Assembly (NCBI GenBank): GCA_003344405.1
Contig: NOWV01000020.1
Coordinates: forward strand, 186,001-250,000
Direction of reading: 5' to 3'
DNA length: 64,000 nt
Source: Trichoplax sp. H2
Lineage: Eukaryota
How positions within the stretch are numbered: position 1 is the stretch's first letter; each line of letters starts with the position of its first letter. Below are positions 50,201-64,000 of the stretch, in pieces. A program made the position numbers and the translations under genes. The notes beneath the pieces were generated by a model. That model ran no database searches and had not been told where the DNA came from. It worked only from the letters and a program-made list of their open reading frames with translations.

Positions 50201-51597
50201 CGTGTTGCAAATGGAATCAAAGTGGATGGCCCGATATAGAGATCGAAAGTAAAGTTATTTCAATTTTTTACGATGGAATGATCTCAGCTTCTGACGTACT
50301 CATCAGTTACTGTCTAAAGCTTAGCATCATCATCATTCATCATGACATACGGACATTGGACAGTATGACCGTGCAGTGGCCCACATTAGCATAAAGGATA
50401 TCACTACCATAGACAATAAGTAAAGACAGCTAATATCAAAAGCTACTCAAAGAAGTTCCCCGATAGCATAAACTACTATAAATTAAATCTTCTCCAAATT
50501 TGTAGTAGTTGATGCCAATACGAAACAAAATCAGCACCAAGTATGACATGATTTTCTGTCAATGGTATAGTACTGATTTCAGCCGATTCGTAAGGGGATA
50601 TCGAGCAGAAGTTCTGCACCGCTAATGGCAACGGCTACGCAACTGCCCTACTACCCTACAGAACCGTTATGGTCAGGTCGACTAGTCGAAAGCGACTCTC
50701 TGGTGACTTGGTGCTTCCACTGGTTACTGGTTACTGTCACTTTTGCAACTTAGAGTTGAGTAAATTCATTCATTATTATACCGTCAGTGGTTGTCAGCCA
50801 GTGCTCTTACTGACTTGAAGATGAGAGTAGTGATGATTGAAATAAGTGGTAATCAGGCCGCTGCAGATTGGAGATCAATGTTGGGTGATTCGGTAAAATA
50901 AGTTGGGTAAAACGTACTGTCGTCAGTTTCATCTTATGATCAAAGTACTTTATACTGTCCAATCGTGGGCAAATGTTCAATTGGACAAGGTTTTTTTCTT
51001 TCTAAAGAGAATTTCACTTCTTTCTAATAATAATAATTAATCAAAGAAATGGGTAGAAAAACTTGATGAAAATTAGCTAATACTGTCGTTAATATGACTA
51101 GTATGAGTCTACAGTACCGACAAGAGTTCAACAACAAACATGGCAATCAATGCTCTACAGTATTTGTACTGTAGTCCACAGTATATATCACGCCAAAGAA
51201 AGTACTGTACACTGTACACACCGAGAGTGAACGAAGGTACTATACTGTACTAGTCCGTGCCGGACCGGTATCGTACTGGCATAGACCGTACCGTACCGTA
51301 TGATACCGGTATCCGCCTCTCTTTTACAGCGATGAAAACGAAAGTCAATCTCAAAGAATGGATACGTACAGTAATAGACACGATCCCATGTTTCGAACAC
51401 TACCTTAACTCGGTGTACCAGTACCGTGGCTGACATAATGCGACTACTCACTGTAGAAAAGTCATACCGACCAGTCAGACGGTGGTCAAAACCGAGGCAA
51501 AACTCCTTCATTGAACATTTCACTGTCCATTTCTTAGCCACAAAGTGAATTTTCACTGGTGCAATTTATCCCATGCCTAGGACTACGATAGCAAAAA
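50201..51597. promoter_or_regulatory. Divergent ATXN3/MARCHF6 upstream region
   Basis: 1.4 kb between opposed ATGs, GC-richer, with TACAG/CTGTA clusters at ~51110-51250 and an inverted repeat at 51264-51310. Confidence 0.6.
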
Positions 51598-54500
51598 ATG
51601 GAGATTGAAGGTAAAAAAATAGCATTTATCCACTATGATAGGAGTAAGGTATGACTTGAAGGCAAGAGAGACGAGTCCAATAAGTGTTATAGTGTGCTTT
51701 CCTGCTTTGGTAGTAAATTGTTCAGTAGCCTACGATAGCGTACAGTAGACCGCGAAGCTTTCACTGACTGATGACACCAATTTCCATCAACGATGGCTCA
51801 GTGATCCATATCCAAATATATCCCATACTTTGCTATCACTGTATTCAACTCTCTCTACTTATTTGGAATGCAATATCAATGGAATTGGCTAGTAGAACAC
51901 GCTTAATGATCAATCATTCAATACAACGAATTCAAAAAAATCCACTTTTACACTCGTTGTATACTTTTCTCCACATCCTCTTACCGGACTGTGTCCAACC
52001 ATAAATGGAAAAGGGTATTTTCAACGTATCTATAGCCAAGAGGTCATCCATCAACACATAACTATATCGTATACTCGTATATCTACGCAACGCTATTAAA
52101 TTGTCGACATTCATATTCGATAGAATAATATTAATAATAGCTGCTACAAGAAGTGATCAGTTTGTCCTACAGTATAGCACTGTAAATACGCTATATCTTC
52201 AATTATGCAGTACCTCCTTCAAAAAAAAAAAAATAATAAATAATAGACACTTGACGTACTGCACACCTCTTGAAAGATGTGTAAAACCATAACACAAAAG
52301 ACGACATAAAAAGCCCTTACTCAAGGCATCTATGCTACAGTAGATTTTGCCATTATATCATATCTTGACAAAATAGACTCCCATCCAACTGTAACCTAGA
52401 AAACATACTCTCTCTTCTTTATTGCAATTTTAAACTTGCTTTCAAGGTCAATCTATCTGCGAATGAATTAATTATCCACTAAATTGTTTCTCTTTCTGAT
52501 ACTCTCTTAAGAAAATGATCAAATTTGTCGGGTCTGTCGCCTTGAAGGATCGACCGATAAACCGCTATACTTCCCTTGCCATTGTACTGGCAGCATTAAA
52601 TATATCCATGAAGCGTGGTAAGTGACATTTTATGGTCTATGTGATAGCCTAGTCGTAGACTTAGCCGAAGTTGTAGCATACTGTAAACATCCTGAACAAT
52701 TGAATGCATATCCCATGCTGAAGGACTTGCTATTTGAACTAACCTTCGTTGATACTATACATTGCAGGCTATCTTACTGTATGCAATTGCTAACTTTTAA
52801 TTAGCAAACACACTACTGTATTTGCTATTCGATATTCATTATATTCAACTATTGTTATTATTCTAACAACTGCACTAGTTTACGACTAATAAACGCTACT
52901 AAGATGTGATTACTACATTAATGGCAATATAATATAACTATTATGATTTACTGACGGGCTTTTCTAAAAAAAATAGCCTAGTCCCCTAAAATAAGATGAC
53001 TTTCAGAGAAATTCAGATGTCCACAAATATAGAATCCTTTGCACATCACCAATTTAGTTATAATCTAATTTTCTATTATGGTATTCTGACTAGTTTAACG
53101 ACAATTACAAGTAATAACTTACGCTACCCCACTCGATATACTACAGTAGTAATAATAAGTTCATAATAAGTATACCTGCTTTTCACTACTGAAGTAGTTA
53201 TTGTTAAGAAATACGTATAGACTGATACAATACTTAAATACTGCTCGATGATTCCTATAGGAGTGAAATCTAAAGACCCAGCTATGACCGCATCCTATTT
53301 CTTATTGTGAAAAATTCGCTTAATAATTAATTAATAGTCTAATCAATAGATACGTGCTATACGTATACGCACTCTTTCTGTAACCCAGTACACTATAAGT
53401 TTCCGATGGTTTTCGTATTAAAATACAACTTTATTCGAAGGCAATCATTAATAGTAAACTAAATTTCAGTCACTCACACGCAGGATAATAGCCCATTTCA
53501 GGAATTGATCATAACGTATTGCACTTGCATTTTATTTCTTTATCAATGGATTGGATAATAACTGGATAAAGATAGTATTGAAGCCATATCACGACAAGAC
53601 AATATTTGATGTTATGCGTTCATGTTGTAAATACTCTCCAATATCGACTCAGTGAATACCATGATAGACATTGATTAGCTTACATCGATGCATGCAACGA
53701 TAAGGATATGTGTCTATTATTAAATTACCATTGGCTAATAATGTTGAACAATATTAAATAAATCAATGTAAACAATAAAATTATATTCAACATTTCCCAT
53801 TTCATTGCTACAATTCCCGATTTTGAGAATAAATTATGAATATATATTTAACTGAAATAAGTTAATGCTCTTTTTTTACTTTGTATTTTCTAGTCTTTTG
53901 CAATGGCTAAAACATAGTGGAAAAGAGTAAGTTTAGTACTGTAGTTATGCAAGTATTTGCAAACTTAGAATATTGTCACACATTTAATCAAGCGTTGGAA
54001 TATGGTTAGATATGTGAAATTTAAAACTTGATTTTCCACATTTCTTTCCTTAGCTTTTGTGAACTATGCCGACATAAATTCGCTTTTAAGCCAGGTAAAC
54101 CAAGTATAGAGATGTAATAAATGAGTTTAAATTATAACAAAATCAAGTGATAATGTAACCAAAAAATAATTATTGATCTTATAATGATAATTATAATCCA
54201 AGATTTGTGTATTGTTTCTACGTGATACCAGCGTTAAAGTGACTCGTCCATTATCCTTATACCGTATGCGCGTATACTGTAGACTACAGCCTGTAGTTAG
54301 CGAAACTTAAAGATACAGTGTCAATAATGAAATAAATTTTAGTAAGAATAATGATAATTTGAAAAGTTAGTCAATTCACTTTTAAGTTAATTCATTTTCA
54401 GTGAGGTGATAGTAAGGTAATATCGCTTTAGCAAGCACAAATTCAATTGTATAGGACTTATTTATTGAAAACGTAGGCATTGGCGTATAGTTACTAATGC

Positions 54501-57500
54501 TAGAGTTACTGCAGACTAAATGTAAGATGGTATGTGATTATTTGACTGCTAACTACATAAGTAAAAACTCTATTCATAGAAATCGAGTACAGAGATAGCT
54601 TAAGAATTGATCACTATCCTATAAAACTAAGATATATTTTTACAAAATTCATTATTATTTATCCTGGAATTTCCCTTTTTGTCTAAAATCTAACTTGCTA
54701 TCAAATCATACGTATTACTTCAGTTTATGCAAAGGAAATGCCCTCACATCTACCTATTAGAGAGGTACTCACTGGATTTATGTCAAATGTAATAGTGAGC
54801 ATTAAACGATGGATTCAATATGTCTTGGTTTGCTGTACATGGCTGTGCATTGTTCCAGTTGCCGCATGTGAGTATAGAGCTTTGTGCTTTAAATTATTAT
54901 TTGAATTATATTACTTTCAGTCGTAAACCAAGACCATTTAGGAAGATATCTTCATCATGCACTTCTAGCGTACGACTATAACGTTTAAATTTGATATACT
55001 ACATTAGAAATAGTAGTAACTCATTATCTTTCATTTTATATTTATTAGCCAGTTGTTGATTAATATTCTATATTAACTATAAATTTATAACTAAACAAAA
55101 TTACATGTAACAAGTTTTTTAAATTACTAAAGTGCATTCTATCACCCATTTTAATCTTTTAGGTAGAATTTATAAGTCTGTATTCCGAGAATCGTTATCT
55201 GGTCTAATAGGTTTACCAATTAATATGTTTTCTTTGTAAGTTTATATATTTGAAGCCGTACTCTTCTAGTATAGGCCGGTATTTGATGTCAATGATAGCA
55301 GAAACTGGGTTACGTAAATATACTACTGATACGTTACACCGGGATTCTCGAAGAATACAATTAACCTTTGTCCTAACTACTTCCTTTAGAGAGTGGTCAT
55401 TAAATTAATTACTGATTATTTTGGGGATCTTTCTTAAATCACTTAGAGATAACTTCGCTACCGACTGTGCGCATGGTCTCTTTATTGTTTGCTTAACCGT
55501 TAGCACATTTGTGGGCTTAATCTGGCTTCGAGAACAAATAAATGAATCTCCTCCCCCGTGGCTAGTCGCACTACCGAACGCTAACATTAACAGACAGGTT
55601 TGCTTATCCCTATTTATTTAATATTAATTAATCGAATTTAAGCAGGTTAATGAAAGCATCTATAAACAATTTTTGCAATAATTTCCTCATGATAAAAAGG
55701 AACCCGTAAATGAGGAGCATAGAAATCATGATGTTAACGTAGACAATGCTGGTGGTGATGTTGGCGAAGCTAACAATACAGAAGATAACCAAATCCCTGC
55801 CCCACCTGTTAATCAACAAGGTAAAAGCTCATTTTACACGATACATTTTCTTATCTGGAAATTAACGTTTGAAATTATAATTCGTGCTAGTAATATCCTA
55901 TTATTGTTAATAAGTATTTAACTCGATGGTAAACGTGATATCAAATGTATAATCATACACTTTGTTAAAAGGAAATAACGTTGGGAATGCTGAAAGAGCT
56001 GATAATGATTCTGAAAACTCTGATCTTGATATGGAATCTTCATCAGATACTGAAGATCAAAGAATTGATCTTCAAAATAATTTCGAAAATCCAGATGTTC
56101 AAGTAAATAGAGCATTACCAAATGTGGCTGCAGTAGATGATTTATTTGGCGAAGGTAGGCACAGTAGTTGAGCACTACAGTATAAACTAATGAACATTTC
56201 TAATTTTGATTCTCTATTATTTTTCCATCTCCATCGCAAAGAAAATAATAATCGGAATTGGCTGGAATTAGAACGAGAAGAATTAACCTGGGATAAGGTA
56301 CCTTTTTTACCATGTTTGTAACTCAAGCATTTAAATTCTACGTAAATCCGCTTACATTAAAAAGTTTTGAATGTTTATTTTTTTAATAATGAAACTAAGT
56401 TCAATAATGATAATTCGTTTATAAAAAGCTCCTTATTCCATCGCTAATTAACGCTAACATTTGTTATTGGAACATATTTAACTGTTTTTTACTTTCTCCA
56501 TTACATTTAAATATGTCATAGATTCTTGGTCTCGATGGATCGTACACTTTTATCGTAAGGATAAGACTGATTGCAATTGAGTTGGTACTTTGTACTTTAT
56601 ATTATGTTAACGTTGATACATTATTACACCAATGAATATAGGAACATGCATTTTGGGTGGTGTCATTAAACTTTCTCTTAATTTTCATTCTTGGTATGCC
56701 TACCCAATTTAAATTGATAATTATTTATTCTCTATTAATAACTTCATGTACATTCTTAAATAGCCTATATACCGTATAAAATTGGATGCCTTGGTCTATA
56801 CTTTCTACCAGTTGAATATTTGGTTAGTCTTCCCTTATGTCTAACTGTCAGATAGCTTTTCTGGTATTATCAATGCAAAGTAACCATCTCAATTCTTTTC
56901 ACAATAGTTCGCTGCAACCAGATTTGGCGGATTTTTAACAATAATTCTTGGCTATGTTACAATTGCTACTTTTTTTAGCCTTCTTTATGTATCATCATTA
57001 CCACAGTTGATTATATATTGTTTGGTTTTATAAACGCTATGTTATCATATATCAAAATTTACAGCAACATGATTATAAATATGATTCTACTAGTTTTGTA
57101 AACATACGTAACATTACTCCAAATTAAACTTCCTTGACATCTGATACTATATATGTCCAAAGATATCGATTGGCGATGTTCAACTGCTATCACGGTAACT
57201 GAATAACGGATAACCTTAATGGATAAAAATTTATTATTTTGGAAATTATATCTTGTTTTATAAATATAACGCTAATCTAAATTATTTGCAATGGATAGGT
57301 GGAAGAGATTCCTTGGTATTACTGTAATAGCTATTAAGGTTTGCGGGAGATAATAGTGTAATTCTTAATGTACAATTACTGTACATAAAATTCGGGTGAA
57401 TTATTTATCACTTATGTAATAATAGCATACTATCTACTGTTGGCGTATAGGTTTCACTCTTGCTCATTGTTGAAGTGGGTATCTTTCCGGTTGTTTGTGG

Positions 57501-60500
57501 CTGGTGGTTAGATATTTGCTCTTTGGTAAGTAGACATAATCGCATAATACAAATTATTAAACATAAATAATTTAGTTGCAAAAACACTCCTGACTAATGT
57601 TATAGTTTTAAAATAGACACCTTATTTGCAGCGAGATTTACCAAAATCGTTCTTATTGGTTAAACTAGAGACAAAATTGATTGATATACAGTACTAATAA
57701 ATTTTGTTATCCCATTGCAGCCACTGTTTGGATCTACCATGGAAGATCGTCAAAAAAGTTTCCGCTCTTCTCCCGGTAAATCGTCTTCTAATTACTAAGA
57801 TTTAGTATTTATATTATGATTTAAAAATACTGTACCAAATTTAAACTCTGGGAGCTACACCTAATTAAAAATTCTTGATAATCTACCCAACTAGGAGCAG
57901 CAATGTTTCTTCATTGGTTAGTTGGCATGGTCTTTGTATTCTATATGGCCTCTTTTGTTTTATTACTGCGTGAGGTTAGTAAAATCACTTATCGTAACGA
58001 TTACGCTTTGATGGCTTTCATAAATTTAGATTGTTCTTAATTTATTTATACAGGTTCTTCGTCCGGGAGTTTTATGGTTTTTACGTAATATAAATGATCC
58101 AGATTTTAATCCCATAACTGAGGTTAGAGATGACGTTCATAAAAATTAGTTGTATACAATTTACTTGCTTTTTAATTGATAAAATGTATAGATAGATTAC
58201 AGAATAGGTAACTTACACTTATATTTACAACGCAGATGATACAGCTAACGATTTGGCGTCATATAAGAAGATTCCTAGCATCAGTGGTATAATTTTTATG
58301 CCCTTGTTATTACTGTGTATCAAAAAATAAGCTTATATTCGTCTATCACTGTTAGACTATCTTTGGTACAAGCGTTTTGGTTATTGTTTGGATCCCTGTG
58401 AGAATTTCTGTTCGAATTTTTCCAGGATTATTACCGTATAATGTGTTATTATTCAGGTAATACAAAGTCTATAGTGCAAGCAATTGTCGTATACTCAAAA
58501 TTTATTGATATTCTCTCGCTTTGCCTTATCCGAAAGTGATACACCCGCTAGTGAACTGTCCCTAGAATTACTGTTTTTGCAAGTCATTCTGCCAGCACTT
58601 TTAGAACAGGGATATACTAAAAAATGGACAAAAAGCTTTATTAGAATTTGGTCGAGGACAGTAGGATACATCCTGTAAGTCTTTTAGAAACCTATTAATG
58701 TGCACTTCAATTTTCACGAATGAGACACAATTTACAAGTTAATATCGAATAAATTACAGTGATCTGCAATCTTATTTGCTGGGACATGAAAACGAAGAAG
58801 GATCATCTGAGAATGTACAGATAATAAATATACCTTTTTGTAGATCTTATCGTAATTGGCCTATTTCTGTATATCAAGTAAACGCAAGTTAAGGTTAAAT
58901 CTAATATAGCAAAAAATTTTTATGATCTAGAATCGAAATGATGCCGAATTTGTCCCAGAAGTCAACAACGATGCCGGACTCGCGGGAAACATTATTCCCG
59001 GTGTAGGCTTTGGAGGCGGTATTGGAGCTGCGCACGCAGCCGGAGCAGCAATTTTTAATCGTAGAGTTTTGAATAACAGCCCTTATCGGAAACCAAATCA
59101 ATTTATATTAAGGGTATCATTAGTTAAACTCCATATGCAGTAATTAACTCTATCTTTATCGACTTGACTTTTGTATTGAAAGGATATATCCCAACTTTTT
59201 TAACCTGAATATTAATCGTTCATGTCTTACTTTCCTAGATTATTGCTCTACTATTGATAATGTGTGTGTCAGTTTGCACTATTAGCTTATTAGGCTTGAC
59301 AGTACCAGGTAAAACAGCATGATCATAATTATTTTTACTTAAAGCATAAACATGAATAAACAGTAATCGCGTTAGCGTTACTAAGATCATCTAAATTAAG
59401 TATTTAATATCTTTCAGTATACCTTGGTCGCTATTTACTCTCTCTATGGCTAGGCGATACTGCAATCCACGAATTATATACAGTTGCGTGTGGACTTTAT
59501 GCGGTTTGGCTGATCTGTAGGATCATAACCCTGATTGTCACTTATATGCCGATGCAGTGGTACGCAATTTTTGACAAAATAAGGAACTGTGTAGTCCTGG
59601 TAAGACCATGATATTATCATATGTACCAATCACGTTATTGTAGCCCATTGATTGAAGAAAATTTTCTTAATAATACCAGGTGTTGAAACTTGGTACCGTT
59701 ACGGTTTTACTTGCTGGAGTTGTACCATTACTGGTTGGATTATTATTCGAGTTAATTATTTTAGTTCCTGTTCGAGTGTCACTTAATCAATCTCCAATGT
59801 ATTTCTTATGGCAGGTAATTATGGTTGGGATTGAATCATCTAAACATCAATCTTGTTTCCATATTTTAATAATTGCATAATTTACTATTGATATTTTAAT
59901 AACGTAGGATTGGACTCTTGGGGTTTTACATACCAAAATAATCTGTGCACTAACAATGACTGGACCTGACTGGTGGATGAAATTGGCTCTTGATCAGGTA
60001 ATGCGATACCAAGTAGCATAATACAAAATATTTTCTTCATAGAATAATAACGAAAATCTATATACTTATATATTTTAACAATCTACCAGATCCATAACGC
60101 GGGTTTTCGAAATCTTGATTTTGCATTCGTGATTAAAAACCTTGCTTTTCCTGTGATCAGTATGTTACTATTTCTTGTTACTGCACCAATCACCCTTGCC
60201 TCGGGCGCGTCAAAACTATTCGGTAGGTAACAATGGCTCCTCCGGATCTTTGTGATATACCTATTTATATGGAAATATCACATAAAAACTCAGAAATGCT
60301 TTAATTTTATTGTTGTTTGAATCTATGTAGGTTTATCAAAGTACCTCCAAAACTATTGTATTCGTCGTATTTATCCATTTTCACTCCTAATATGCGTAGC
60401 TGTAATTACTATCAAATTTCACATAAAGCAAGCTAAAAGGCTCTACAATCGCATTAGGGACGACAAGTAAGTTACTGTCTTCATTTGATAAAATTAATTT

Positions 60501-60629
60501 TAATCCACCTTTAATACAATGTACCTCATAGATGATAGTATTTCAGCTAATAAAAATTACTAATTTAGTAACATCTTAATTCCCAATAGATATCTTATAG
60601 GCCAAAGATTAGTCAACTATGAACCTTGA
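51598..60629 (+). CDS. MARCHF6: E3 ubiquitin ligase MARCH6 / TEB4 / Doa10 homologue, >25 short exons
   Basis: Putative 13-nt first coding exon (51598-51610). [130 protein letters not shown]-terminus [17 protein letters not shown] (TGA 60627-60629). The start exon is less certain than the rest. Confidence 0.93.
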
Positions 60630-63600
60630 AGTAAAGCGACGCTATGAATTTATTACTTATAATTTACAACTAAAGATCTAATTCTGTTGTAGTGTAAATG
60701 ATATTCATCTTTTTGTATGATTATATACAGGTTACAAGATTTTAACTCAATAACAACAAAAATGTATTATTACAGGTTTTTTATTTTAGGCCATATGCAG
60801 ATTGCGCATCTATAGTCAGCTAAATTATCTTTATTACAGTTTTATGTAACACACGATAGTAACAACTTCACTAATCCAGGATCAAAATTTTAACCATAAG
60901 TAACTCATATTACAGCATTATTTTCTCTACGGTTTTTACAGCCGAACATTAATATTTATAATTAGATTTTTAATATTTTCTACATTAGAAAACTACAATC
61001 GCAGATTCGAAAATTTAAAACCCACGTAGTTGGGTGATCTAAATGTAATTGTTATAGCTACCAATTATGCACGTAGAATCATAAGAGTGACTGTATTCTC
61101 TGAATAGTAAAATGCGAAAGTAGTACTGATGTAATCTTGTGGATTAAATATAATAAGATAATGTTGTCGTTTCCTACATGACAGAGCTTGTAGGAACATG
61201 CTTATGTGCGGTTATTATTTGTAAATTTTTTCCTTAAATCGAAAATACGCAACCATGACAGCAAATAATGTTAACCATTTTGATGTATGATGGTTAAAGC
61301 TTTATGCGGCTGCATCCTTGTATTGTTAAAGACACAACGGATTCCACTTAAGAAGTGGCTGATCTGTCCTGCGAAGAATTGTAGATGCGGACAAGTAATA
61401 TTAAAGAATTTAAATATATATGATGTATCAGAAGTTTATCAAGTCAGATGTATTTCTTATCCAGTATACTTGGATATATTATTCTAGTTACGGCTACATG
61501 TTTGTATACAGTTTCCTGTATTGTGATTACTGGTCCATCATCGCTAACATTTTATTACCTTATGAGCTGTTAGTATTATTGAACTTAGTTGTATAAATCA
61601 ATATAAGCCCAATTAAAGTGTCAATACGACAATTTAGCTATTATCATGTGCAATTAAAGCGAAGTCTTACGAATATACACTATTATAATTCAACTGTATC
61701 CTTAAACTATTGATAAAGTTTAATTCCAGTAGCGTAGGTATCGACATAGTATGATCTCGTCTTAAAATATAACAAGTTTAATGATGGGCTACTAAATAAT
61801 GTAGTATTTAGCAGGCCCTCCCGAATATTGTATTGTCACTATTGTAGGAAAATTGAGAAGCAGTGAGAAAATCTTTATCAATACTTGTGATAGCATCATA
61901 ATATAATGAAGTGGCCAATCTTAAATCACAATGTTATTAATATATCTAATAATCTATATTTAGATTACCTTTATCTCACTTAATACGAAATTACCCATAA
62001 ATTCTCGTATAGGCTATGATTAGTAGTTAACATCGCTATTAGCTATACTCACGTAATCCAAAGAGTTATTTTACTGCTGGTGCAACGAAGGATAGGTAAC
62101 CGGTGCTGAAGCCATAGCTGTGATATTACAAACGCATGCCAGTATTAAAATTTTACTCTTATTATTTTTGCTTACGCGAAGTATTACGAGCTTGACATTC
62201 TACTAGACAGAATTTAAAGAGAATTACCTAAACATAAAATATGATGGCATTATATATATGACTTATTTAAGAGTCGTCTACGATTGAATTGTGTTGGCAT
62301 GTTGTATACTGTGTACACTACTGTAAATATTAAACTGCAGTATTTACTCGTATAATGTATACTGTAGGTTATAAAACGTGGGATGGAGGTCTCGTTTTGG
62401 ATATCTCTAGTAGCGCCTTCCAAATTATTATACAATTATAATCAAATGACCGGAACATCAGTGTTCTCTACAATCTACTGTATATACTCATAACATCCAT
62501 CCAATGCAAAGGCAAGAACGGCGTAGCGCTTATCCATCTTGAGCAGAGACTTAAAAGAGACTTTAGTTTCTGTTTTAGACCGGAAGATAGCCCTCTAAAC
62601 TTTTCCCGATATGCTATGCTGTCAATGAATTAATTAACGAATTAATTATAATTATCATCATCAATCAATGTTATTGTTGATAATGTAGTCATAATGATCA
62701 TTAACTATCCAATTAAATTAAAGTATATAACAATATCCTATTACTACTGTAGCTGCTGCTTTATTTTGTTTGTCAATGGTGCCAGTCGAGTATATGATCG
62801 TTTGTCTTGTTATCAATGCAATTATTGATCTAAGTTAAATTGTATAATTTAATGACTATATAGCATAGAATGGCTTATCCGACATTATTCGTCGTCTTGA
62901 CTAACAATTTGGTCCTCCTATTTATCAATTTTTTATTGATCTTCTATTTTTTTGGAAAGTACTTGATAGCTAAGCGTTCTTTATGTTAGTATCATTGTTC
63001 TGCCTTGTCAATAATGACCAAGGAGAGGAAAAAAGAAATTTTAATTGCATGAGAATATTCATAACAATGTCTATTGTACGCTTGGATCTGTTTATATCGA
63101 CGTTGGTAGAGAGTCCATTAAGACTTTTGACCTTTCTTAACTACTGTAAAGGCATTTTTTTCTTTTCGGTTATGATGACTCCGATTATAAAATTCTACTA
63201 CTTATTGTATAAAGCCTCTAGTTAGTTGCAATCCCTTGATCAATAGCATAGGAATACATAAATACATAATCTGCCATCTTTATCTATATAAGACCTATCT
63301 ACAAATTGAAGTAGTCTGATACCAACAATTTATTGCGTTGGATGAGAGAAAGGCAGGAAAAAAAAATTCATCGACTAGAACAGCGTCAAAGATTGTAGGT
63401 AAGTTTAGTATAAATATATCATTGACGGCCATTTTTCAACTTTCCACAATGGAATATCTTTTCTTCTTTTTATTAACTTGGTCTTATCTACACATTAATT
63501 GCTATTTATTACTTTTTTATCTAGTCAAAATCTCACCCGTCAAGATTTCTCATGTTGACATTGTCTCATCGATTTAGTCATCTTATGTAAAGAAACTGTT

Positions 63601-64000
63601 GTGAGCAAAAGAAGGAAGGTTGGAGAAATCAAAACATGACAAGAAATTGATCACTAAAAGAAAATAGAATCTCACCTTAATTAATCATCGTCTATCTGTC
63701 AACAAGAAAGATTTTTAGTTGAACAAAAAAGATCCAATAAGTCTTGGATAATTTATATAATAATTCATCTTTCAACTAGATTAACGTTTCAATTCTATTT
63801 ACGATCTTAGATAAAGGATATCTACGGCTATCCTTTATTTGTTGGTGTATACTTTAAGGCAGTAGTGAAACTGTAAATTAAACTTACAATTTTCATTTTA
63901 ATTACAATCGATTGCGACAATCAGCCATTATTATCATGCCAAGATCAAGTAGCCCTACTAAACAACAATTTCCCGATACTGGGCTATCTCTACCACCGAT

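Noticed and set aside
50670..50710. AGTCGAAAGCGACT hairpin as part of a hammerhead ribozyme
   Set aside because: There is no correctly placed CTGANGA core and no three-stem junction.
51188..51556. 122-aa minus-strand ORF in the ATXN3/MARCHF6 intergenic region
   Set aside because: GTG start, no recognisable domain, and it is composed partly of promoter pentamer repeats in locally GC-richer DNA.
56989..57162. Possible U12-type intron in MARCHF6 (TTCCTTGAC near the acceptor)
   Set aside because: The donor is GTATCATC, not GTATCCTT, and the branch-like motif is somewhat far from the AG. It is most likely a U2 intron.
60700..64000. Additional gene at the right end (short ORFs 61287-63577)
   Set aside because: Frames are interrupted by stops and I recognise no protein family. 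A decayed gene or small exons cannot be excluded without a translated search.

Overview
AT-rich, intron-dense eukaryotic DNA with short GT-AG introns and two 20-N scaffold gaps; it is not prokaryotic. Gene content and architecture point to an early-branching animal, most plausibly the placozoan Trichoplax (inference). Nine spliced protein-coding genes can be reconstructed by hand: WDR43/UTP5 (-, truncated by the window edge), SAE1 (+), PIGV (-), an MGAT4/GT54 GlcNAc-transferase (+), TOP3B (+), MADD (-), an isopentenyl phosphate kinase (+), ATXN3 (-) and MARCHF6 (+). Eight of the nine form four head-to-head pairs, and their shared upstream regions carry TACAG/CTGTA arrays and short inverted repeats. 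Most notable: an archaeal/plant-type isopentenyl phosphate kinase in an animal, a 47-bp element with TIRs and a 7-bp target-site duplication resembling a miniature P-superfamily transposon, a hierarchical 119-bp satellite, tandemly duplicated splice donors in MADD, and a polyQ-less ataxin-3. Exon boundaries and protein comparisons were made by eye from recalled orthologue sequences, so they are unverified.
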